Below the pieces are notes generated by a model that worked only from the letters and a program-made list of their open reading frames with translations, was not told the DNA's origin and did no database searches. This document shows, piece by piece, positions 9,628-16,644 of a stretch of 43,570 nucleotides of DNA (position 1 is its first letter; each line of letters begins with the position of its first letter). Where the stretch lies: NCBI GenBank assembly GCA_048939765.1, contig JBHLPF010000024.1:13776-57345 (forward strand), read 5' to 3'. The position numbers and the translations under genes are program-made. The DNA comes from Promethearchaeota archaeon. GTDB lineage: Archaea; Asgardarchaeota; Thorarchaeia; Thorarchaeales; Thorarchaeaceae.

Positions 9628-9801
9628 TTAATTCCCCGTCACAGGACTGATCAGAAGCTTATTTCGCTGAAGTGAAACTCCGTAAGATTGTCCCTCTACA
9701 TCTTCAACCGATACTGATTCCCCTTGTAAGAACACACGGACCCTTTTTCGCAATTTCCGTCCTGGCAAATCGCGGATGTTTATTACGCAGGTCTCAGCCA
9801 T
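9628..9801 (-). CDS. Small hypothetical protein, 57 aa (below the track cutoff)
   Basis: Manual translation: MAETCVINIRDLPGRKLRKRVRVFLQGESVSVEDVEGQSYGVSLQRNKLLISPVTGN*. Same strand as its neighbours. Confidence 0.45.
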   Translation of the reverse strand: MAETCVINIRDLPGRKLRKRVRVFLQGESVSVEDVEGQSYGVSLQRNKLLISPVTGN

Positions 9802-10043
9802 TTTTGGAACTCCGACGGATGGATGTGGTGGTCGCGGCAGCCTGATAGGGATGCAAGACTTACTCCTATCCTAGGAAATCAAGTATATAACCGAGATTCG
9901 CATCTTCAATCCCGCAGAACCCTATAGAACTTAAGCTAGAAGCCGTTTCCTGAAGGTACGATGTATTGAATCTTCGATATTTGGAGAAGGCTCTATAGAA
10001 GTAATAGCCCAAACTATACAGACTTAACATTCGGCCAATCTGT

Positions 10044-10238
10044 CTATCGCGATTCCTTTAGGCTCTTGTTGGATGATAGAAGCTTCGTGAAGAGATTCCC
10101 ATTTCGTCGAGAAATAGCTATGAACCTTGATCCGACCTCAACAACAATCTCTTCATTCTCATTAATCAGTGTGTATAGGTTTGGACTGTCCAGGTCACGC
10201 AGGATTCTCTGCAGGTCTTCGGAGTAATCCTTTTCCAT
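10044..10238 (-). CDS. Small hypothetical protein, 64 aa
   Basis: ATG preceded by GGCGGA, globular-looking composition, co-oriented with the neighbours. Confidence 0.55.
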   Translation of the reverse strand: MEKDYSEDLQRILRDLDSPNLYTLINENEEIVVEVGSRFIAISRRNGNLFTKLLSSNKSLKESR

Positions 10239-10346
10239 TTGTATTCCGCCATTGTTTCATTGTGTGGTGAATTCTAGGGATGGAACGGTGCAGCCTAATA
10301 GGGATAACCCATTATTAACTCCTTTGCTGAAACATATCCATAGTTT

Positions 10347-11825
10347 TCATGGATTATATGCAAATGGATGGCGCGCTGATTCCTTTCGCTGAATAATCTC
10401 GTCAACGGTTTGCCGACCCTCAATTGCTCTTCGAATTGCAAAGCGAACAGCTCGGAAGTTGTTGATGTGCACTCTTTTTGGATTGACAGCATTTGGATGG
10501 ACAAAGGTGTTAACTGCGATGACAAGGTCCGGAAGGAGTTCCTCAGGGATTACTCCATCTGTAACTGTGCGTCTAACAGCATCGGCTACCGCTCTCTGAG
10601 CGACTTCCATGACCATCTTCTTCTGCTTCTCACTTGTCACGGTCACAGTGGGTGCAAACACAGTAAGGGGTTCTAGGTCCTTGATGATGCTTGATGAATG
10701 AACGCCTTCGACAATCTTTCCAGCATTCTTCAATGCAGTATTAAGCGGTCCATCTCTGACCCCCATAACTAGGTCAACATGCGCCACCTCTTGACCTTCG
10801 CCTGCCAATGCTTCGCCATGTAGCAATGTCAAATCTTCAACATTATCAGGTACCAAACCTGCTGCCTTTGGATAGCTTTCAGCAAAGAGTTCACGGTCAC
10901 CCATCTTGAAGGTCACTGGCCCGCGTGGAATCAGCTGGAGGTCCTCAAGGCAGGTCCTGAGTTCATCTATGTCTTCATAACTCAGCGAGTCGCTCTCCTG
11001 TAGAGGGCGACGAGCCTGCCCCACAGGAATGCCCATCATGTTCAGTGCCGCTTTGATAGCCAAGCCTCCACCTCGATTCACAAAAATCCGTACAGTCTTC
11101 TGTATACTTCTCTGGATTATCAGAGCTGCTTTGAGATCACCAGTTGCCAGGGCAGCCTGCATCTTTAGATATCGGTCTGGAAAGATATTCGCACTAGCTA
11201 GGATTGCGCCATCACATCCAGAAGCAAGTGCTGGTAGAGCCACCTCATCATGTCCAACCATGACCTGGAACTCCTCTGGCTTCCGAACAAGAATAGTAGT
11301 CAAGTGTACGAGATTCCCGCTTGAGTCTTTGAGACCGATGATGTTGTCAATCTCCCTCAATCCATCAATTACCCACCAATCCAACATAACTCCAGTTGCT
11401 TGAGGAATATTATATGCGATAATTGGAATCTCTGAAGAATTCGCAATCTTCTCGAAGTGCTCGTATATCTCCTTAGTGGAAGGCTTCAGGAAATAGGGTG
11501 TAACAACCAATGCTGCAGAAGCTCCAAACTCAGCGGCTCTTCGTGTCAGCTTGATCACGTCATTTGTGTAGGCGGCTCCAGTCCCGGCGATAACTGGCAC
11601 TTGACCACCAGCGGCTTCACAGGCAATTCGAATGGCTTCTGTCTTCTCTTCCATTCTCATACTAGTGAATTCGCCAGTAGTACCACAAGGAACGATACCA
11701 GTGGCACCTTTTCTAATCGTATAGTCAATCAAGGCACGATACTGTGCTTCATTGACGCCCTTCTCATCGAATGGAGTGACTAGAGCCGGATAGACACCTT
11801 TGAATCTGTAGCTGGGACTTGTCAT
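10347..11825 (-). CDS. DapA/NAL-family class I aldolase fused to a C-terminal formaldehyde-activating enzyme (Fae) domain, paralogue A
   Basis: Aldolase motifs GVYPALVTPF, GTTGE, YNIP, GLKDSSG. C-terminal GEALAGEGQEVAHVDLVMG...GVIP...FVHP...AIRRAIEG...ARHPF matches Fae. Likely start is the ATG at 11825. Confidence 0.88.
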   Translation of the reverse strand: MTSPSYRFKGVYPALVTPFDEKGVNEAQYRALIDYTIRKGATGIVPCGTTGEFTSMRMEEKTEAIRIACEAAGGQVPVIAGTGAAYTNDVIKLTRRAAEFGASAALVVTPYFLKPSTKEIYEHFEKIANSSEIPIIAYNIPQATGVMLDWWVIDGLREIDNIIGLKDSSGNLVHLTTILVRKPEEFQVMVGHDEVALPALASGCDGAILASANIFPDRYLKMQAALATGDLKAALIIQRSIQKTVRIFVNRGGGLAIKAALNMMGIPVGQARRPLQESDSLSYEDIDELRTCLEDLQLIPRGPVTFKMGDRELFAESYPKAAGLVPDNVEDLTLLHGEALAGEGQEVAHVDLVMGVRDGPLNTALKNAGKIVEGVHSSSIIKDLEPLTVFAPTVTVTSEKQKKMVMEVAQRAVADAVRRTVTDGVIPEELLPDLVIAVNTFVHPNAVNPKRVHINNFRAVRFAIRRAIEGRQTVDEIIQRKESARHPFAYNP

Positions 11826-11830
11826 AATCA

Positions 11831-13234
11831 TCAACTCCATAATTGACCTAAGGCTGCTTTCACGGCTTCCTCGGTCGCAGCTCTTATCTCCCTTCGTTCT
11901 CGCGTATTCATGTCGATATCCAGTGCCATTAGCATTACATTGTTAGCTAGTGCCTCTCTTGGGATGAGGTTCTTCTCAAGATAATCAGCAACTGCACGCG
12001 CGGCTCCAGCTTGAACTGGACCATAAAAGAGAGAGGCCTGTCTCATCGATTCGATCTTGCCGATTGGAAACATCAGACTGGATGGCTTGACCGGGAGGTT
12101 TGGTTCCAGAATTACTGTAAGGGCTTCTCGGCCAATTTGAGGCGTTGTCAATAACTTCACAAATGCCTTCCCAACAGACCCCCTCTTAGAGCCCGATAGA
12201 ATACTGGCAGTGGCTTTATCATTTGATCCAGAACCGAATGTAATCCCTTCACCTTCAATTGGGATATCCATTTCACCAAGGATATCTCTGATTGCCATCA
12301 TCTTCACTGATGGATGTTCAAGAGATTCAATGATTCCCAGCTTCTCAAGTTCCAGACGAATCTCCTCTTTGAGTTCTAATGTCAATGTCCCACCGGAGTC
12401 AAGAGGCATCCTACTTCGTCCTGCCTTAATCCCCATCATCTTGAGCGCAGCTTTTACCGGTGGTCCACCTCCGTTCCTCGTAACTATCCTTGCAAGCGTC
12501 TGCACATCCTGTTGCAGTTCAGCAGCATTCGCATAATCACCTGATTTCACAGACTCCATGATTTCCAGCCAGATGTGTGGGATTATGTTTGCAGAAGCCA
12601 TAATCGCAGCACTTGCACCAGCTGCAATGGCAGAAAGGAAGCATTCATCATGTCCAATCAGTACTGGCATCTTCCCCTTCAATTTCTGGATCAGCTCAAC
12701 CGTATGTCCGATATTTCCGCCACTATCCTTGATTCCAACTATATTATCAAGCTCGGCCAAATCCTCAACGACATTTGAGTTGAGAATACCCAGTGTACAT
12801 TGGGGAATGTTGTACAGTATTATGGGCAAATCTGCTTTTCTGGCAACTTCGGCATAGTGATCATAATATCCCTTGTCAGCAGGCCGTAGGTAATAGGGAG
12901 ATATAATCAGTGCGGCATCACAGCCAATATCCGCCGCATATTGGGTGAGCGCTAATGTGGCTCTGGTGCTATTCTGGCCTGTGCCAGCGATAACGGGCAC
13001 TCTTCCATCAACATACTCTATAGCAAGCTTGAGAAGCTTCTTCCGCTCCTCTGTCCTCAGATATGAGAACTCACCAGTTGTTCCAGCTGGCACGACTCCG
13101 GTGACTCCTTTTCCTATTGTGAAATCAATTACCTGTTTGAATCCTTCTTCGAGGATATCTCCGTCCTTTGTAAACGGCGTGACAAGCGCAGGCATTACTC
13201 CTTTTGGAACGAATCTCTTGCCCAACAGTTTCAC
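11831..13234 (-). CDS. DapA/NAL-family class I aldolase fused to a degenerate Fae-like domain, paralogue B
   Basis: GVMPALVTPF, GTTGE, YNIP, GIKDSGG. C-terminal GSVGKAF...ILEPNLPVKPSSLMFP..KIESMRQASLFYGPVQAGAARAVAD matches the central part of Fae. Start is GTG 13234 or TTG 13225. Confidence 0.85.
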   Translation of the reverse strand: MKLLGKRFVPKGVMPALVTPFTKDGDILEEGFKQVIDFTIGKGVTGVVPAGTTGEFSYLRTEERKKLLKLAIEYVDGRVPVIAGTGQNSTRATLALTQYAADIGCDAALIISPYYLRPADKGYYDHYAEVARKADLPIILYNIPQCTLGILNSNVVEDLAELDNIVGIKDSGGNIGHTVELIQKLKGKMPVLIGHDECFLSAIAAGASAAIMASANIIPHIWLEIMESVKSGDYANAAELQQDVQTLARIVTRNGGGPPVKAALKMMGIKAGRSRMPLDSGGTLTLELKEEIRLELEKLGIIESLEHPSVKMMAIRDILGEMDIPIEGEGITFGSGSNDKATASILSGSKRGSVGKAFVKLLTTPQIGREALTVILEPNLPVKPSSLMFPIGKIESMRQASLFYGPVQAGAARAVADYLEKNLIPREALANNVMLMALDIDMNTRERREIRAATEEAVKAALGQLWS

Positions 13235-13261
13235 CCTTGAGTGATGCGGGGCTGGTATCTC

Positions 13262-13272
13262 GCATATAAACT
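13262..13272 (-). promoter_or_regulatory. Putative archaeal TATA box for the dapA-fae pair
   Basis: TTTATAT on the minus strand about 30-40 bp upstream of the start. Confidence 0.45.
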
Positions 13273-13306
13273 AGGGGTTACAAAGTGAAGCAAGATCTTG
13301 AATATG

Positions 13307-13768
13307 TCATGAAGAGGACCTTGCTTCCCAAGAAGAAGATGGTGCTCTGATTATGACTGGTGTCAAAGATAACGCCAATATGGCGACTAATGGTATGGGA
13401 GTGATTAAGATAGGGGGGCCGCTGGCAGTGAGGTAGCCTATGAGAATGAAATATGCGAGTTGCATTAGCAATAGAATGAGAATCACAATAGCGTATCCCA
13501 GCTTGGTCAGATCCTCTCTAGTTATTGAGAGGAAAGTAATACCAGACACTATGAGCCCCATTCCCCAGAAGGGGAGGTAGTCTAGGGTGAGTCCTAGGGG
13601 AAACTCGAAGACAAACGACGCGCCGGAGTATGATACGAATGACCACAGCGGAGCTACAATCCTGAAGATTGTTCCACCAAGCAGATTCTGCTCAATAATG
13701 AAATATGGTGCTAGCAGGGTTGTAGCAAGTAAAAGTGATACAATTCTTCGGGAGAGTCCCAAACTCAT
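13307..13768 (-). CDS. Hypothetical multi-pass membrane protein
   Basis: About 4 hydrophobic segments in 153 aa. Confidence 0.7.
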   Translation of the reverse strand: MSLGLSRRIVSLLLATTLLAPYFIIEQNLLGGTIFRIVAPLWSFVSYSGASFVFEFPLGLTLDYLPFWGMGLIVSGITFLSITREDLTKLGYAIVILILLLMQLAYFILIGYLTASGPPILITPIPLVAILALSLTPVIIRAPSSSWEARSSS

Positions 13769-13872
13769 TTTACAGACCGTCTGTAACTGGGATTTTCAAG
13801 ATAATAACATTCGTTTCTAGCTCGAGCAGATATTGCATATGATTTATGGCTTGGTGTTGCTAAGGAAAAGCT

Positions 13873-14196
13873 ATGACAGAGTACATTTTGGCGATCACTA
13901 CTTGTCCTAATAGCGACGCTACAGCTCTGGCAAAACGACTCGTGGAGGCGAGAGTGTGTGCTTGTGTGAACATCGTCCCTTCAATAAGGAGCATCTACAG
14001 GTGGAAGGGCAAAGTCGTGGATGATGAGGAAAGCATCCTGTTTATCAAGACCGAACGTACTTTTCAGGAAAGCCTCTGGAATGAGCTGAGAGCCCATCAC
14101 TCCTATGATGTACCGGAGTTCATTAGCATCCCAATACAAGGAGGCTCTCAGGACTATTTGAAATGGATAACAGAAAACATCACGGGATATCTCTAG
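13873..14196 (+). CDS. cutA: Divalent-cation tolerance protein CutA
   Basis: ITTCP, ACVNIVP.IRSIYRWKGKV..DEE, IKT, HSYDVPE, YLKWI. Confidence 0.95.
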   Translation: MTEYILAITTCPNSDATALAKRLVEARVCACVNIVPSIRSIYRWKGKVVDDEESILFIKTERTFQESLWNELRAHHSYDVPEFISIPIQGGSQDYLKWITENITGYL

Positions 14197-16643
14197 GCCA
14201 GATTCACACTTCTAGCCGCATAATGCAATGATTCATTGAAGTATCTTCCAATGACTCTAGCAATAGCAGGACCTACTACATAGTTAATGTCGCCTGGCAT
14301 AAGCTGCTTCAGATTTGTCTTTCCTGTTATCTTGCCGTTTCGACGCAGAGTCCTAATCTCCCGGTCTACTATCGACCTTGCTTCTGTGAGCGTCATTGGT
14401 TTGGCTGTCGAACCTATGAGACCTTGTTTTATGTCTGTGATAGCCCGCATCACAAATATAGCCAAGTTCTCTGTATCGTTGCTCGGAATCATATTAGTTG
14501 CCTTGTGTGTGGGACACTTATTATCAGGGGGTGTTTCACCACAAACTGAACATAGCTTTCGACCTCTGCTTGTGCGGATATAGAATGACAAGAGATTAGT
14601 GCATTTTGAATCATCGTTTGTATTCCACTCAAGACCCTTGACACCTACTCTCCCAATTGCTCTAAACACCGTCTGACTCTTTGTGTATATCCAAGTCAAG
14701 ACATCAAGTGAGGCCTTCTTGCTCTCGGCTACTTTCTGTTCCTCGAGCTTGGCTTCGAGTGCCAGTTCCTCCTTGGCAAGCTTTTTCCTGCGCTCAGTTC
14801 TAAGGAACCGATGCATGATATCATACGCAATCGCATAGTTGTCAAAGTCTAGCTGATCTGTCACGAGTTCAGTATCGATTACCCCTTCAAAGACAGGACT
14901 TGGCGTGCTATCAATCTCTGCCTTTGCAGCAGTCATGTCCTTGTTGGAAAGCCGAGCATGCATCCATGAAGTGATGTCTGGTGCCTGTAGGTCAGGATAG
15001 ACCGTCTTCAGTTCATAGATTCTCTTAGAGGCCAAATCAATGAGGATTTCTTCCCGAAGCGCCTGCAGGTCAGTTTCAGGACTCTCATAGATGCTTTTGA
15101 GAAGAGCCTTGACGCGCAGGAGGTCCTGTTTGGAACGGATATATGTTTCAACCACACGTGAGAGATTTGTAAGGACACCTGAGGTGAGGTGCCATACCAG
15201 GTCATATTTGAGAGCGGAGATGGTTTCACCATGGCGACGATGTCGAACTATATCTGATGATGAGGACACGCCAATAGAACTTAGTGCGCCTTGCTTCACT
15301 TTTTCACGCGCCTCGAGTAGTCTCTTCACATCTTCTGGCGACGGAACTCTTGTCTTCTGCTTAAGAGCCTCCAGAACTGTGACCTCAAAACCAATAAGTG
15401 AATCCCGGTCCTTTGCTAAAGTTTCAATTGTGAACTTATCAAGCTCTGATGCCCTGAGACCCTGAGCCTTCAACGCGCCTTTTACCGGTCGCTCCAAGAT
15501 GTTCTCGAGCTTGTCTATTGCCTTGAGCGATCGTTCCAAGTAATCCATTTCTACCTCGCTGATGCCAGGACCCTCCGCTTCAGTTTCCTCAGACTTTGCT
15601 TCCTCCGCAATTCTGAATCCCTTCACCAGATCTGATGGATCAGACAGGCCCTTGCGCCTTAATGCTGCAGCGATGTCCGTGGACGGTATTCCTAAGAGAG
15701 AGGAGAGCAGATCGAAAGCTTGTGCAGGATTGGCTTCAATTGCTGATGCGACATCCTCAGTTACCGTATCCATAAGCTGCGTTTCGTATTCACCAAGTGT
15801 GGTAGGGCTTATGAATTGCGTCTCAACTGCTGTCAGAAAGTTTAGACGGATTTCATGGGCGCGCCTAATGGCGGCAAGTTCATCAGCTGGTCTGCAGTAT
15901 CTTTTTGCCAAATCCTTTGCGATACCGCCCATAGAAGCTGGATATGTCATAGACTCACCAATATGCGCGCTGGCATAGCGTGACTCACCCCATATTCGCT
16001 TCAGGCCTTCCTTCAGAACTGTAATCTCAATAACTTCTGAATCATGTTCTCGGAGAACCTCCTCTCGTAGAGACATAGCGGTTTCTTTGAGACCTGATGC
16101 TTTGGCATATAGCTCTTCTCTCATATTTGAATCGTATTTCGTCAACTGATTGAGGAAGTCAACATCATGATTCTGTGAGAATTCAGTCGGGATCATTCCT
16201 AGATATTCCTTGATGAGATCTCCAGTTTTCGTGATGGTCTCATCATCGGCAGGGTTTCTACTACCAAGCTCATCGCAAAAGCGTAAAACGAATTGGCAGA
16301 GTATCTTTCCCACTGCAACTTCTTCGCGTTGTTTCGTTCCAAGGAGTCTGCGAACTTCATCTTCTAGCCGGACTCTTGTTTCTGCACCAATCTTCTCCTG
16401 TTCCTCAATGCTAAGATTCTGAGCATCTTCAATAGTGTGCAAGCGCACGCCTTGATAGCTCTGCAAATAGAACGATGCAAAGGCTGCCAAGACTCTATCC
16501 AGAGGCTGGGGCTCAGGAATCATTTCATTGAATATCTGTCGAGCTCTTGTGCTTCGTAAATGAGTTGCTAGAGCCTCACGAAGGATAAGTTCTTTCCCTG
16601 CCTCACTCATCTGACGTGTCTTAATGATCCAAGAACTTGACAT
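14193..16643 (-). CDS. Large helical hypothetical protein (816 aa) with a C-terminal CxxC-x8-CxxH zinc knuckle
   Basis: Long ORF. The ATG at 16643 follows GGAGGTG embedded in the end of the upstream gene. Contains CSVCGETPPDNKCPTH. Confidence 0.8.
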   Translation of the reverse strand: MSSSWIIKTRQMSEAGKELILREALATHLRSTRARQIFNEMIPEPQPLDRVLAAFASFYLQSYQGVRLHTIEDAQNLSIEEQEKIGAETRVRLEDEVRRLLGTKQREEVAVGKILCQFVLRFCDELGSRNPADDETITKTGDLIKEYLGMIPTEFSQNHDVDFLNQLTKYDSNMREELYAKASGLKETAMSLREEVLREHDSEVIEITVLKEGLKRIWGESRYASAHIGESMTYPASMGGIAKDLAKRYCRPADELAAIRRAHEIRLNFLTAVETQFISPTTLGEYETQLMDTVTEDVASAIEANPAQAFDLLSSLLGIPSTDIAAALRRKGLSDPSDLVKGFRIAEEAKSEETEAEGPGISEVEMDYLERSLKAIDKLENILERPVKGALKAQGLRASELDKFTIETLAKDRDSLIGFEVTVLEALKQKTRVPSPEDVKRLLEAREKVKQGALSSIGVSSSSDIVRHRRHGETISALKYDLVWHLTSGVLTNLSRVVETYIRSKQDLLRVKALLKSIYESPETDLQALREEILIDLASKRIYELKTVYPDLQAPDITSWMHARLSNKDMTAAKAEIDSTPSPVFEGVIDTELVTDQLDFDNYAIAYDIMHRFLRTERRKKLAKEELALEAKLEEQKVAESKKASLDVLTWIYTKSQTVFRAIGRVGVKGLEWNTNDDSKCTNLLSFYIRTSRGRKLCSVCGETPPDNKCPTHKATNMIPSNDTENLAIFVMRAITDIKQGLIGSTAKPMTLTEARSIVDREIRTLRRNGKITGKTNLKQLMPGDINYVVGPAIARVIGRYFNESLHYAARSVNLA

Positions 16644-16644
16644 A

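Noticed and set aside
9645-9685. Hammerhead-like or RNase P-like fragments (ctgatca...gaaac, cagaagcttat)
   Set aside because: The CUGANGA core does not match, and the RNase P conserved regions are not present in order.
9590-9690. TPP-riboswitch-like words (gggctgaga, ctgatc)
   Set aside because: The ACCUGAU and GCGUAGGGA elements and the P1/P2 pairing are missing, there is no thiamine gene downstream, and the segment overlaps a plausible minus-strand ORF.
5330-10340. Integrated mobile element or island around the TPR-nitrilase gene
   Set aside because: I saw no integrase, transposase, tRNA, terminal repeats or target-site duplication, so it is not called as a mobile element.
10347-13234. 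Plain dapA (lysine biosynthesis) annotation, and linkage to the ArgE/DapE gene
   Set aside because: The DHDPS-specific Arg is absent, extra Fae domains are present, and the M20 gene is 5 kb away with undetermined specificity. The gene symbol was withheld.
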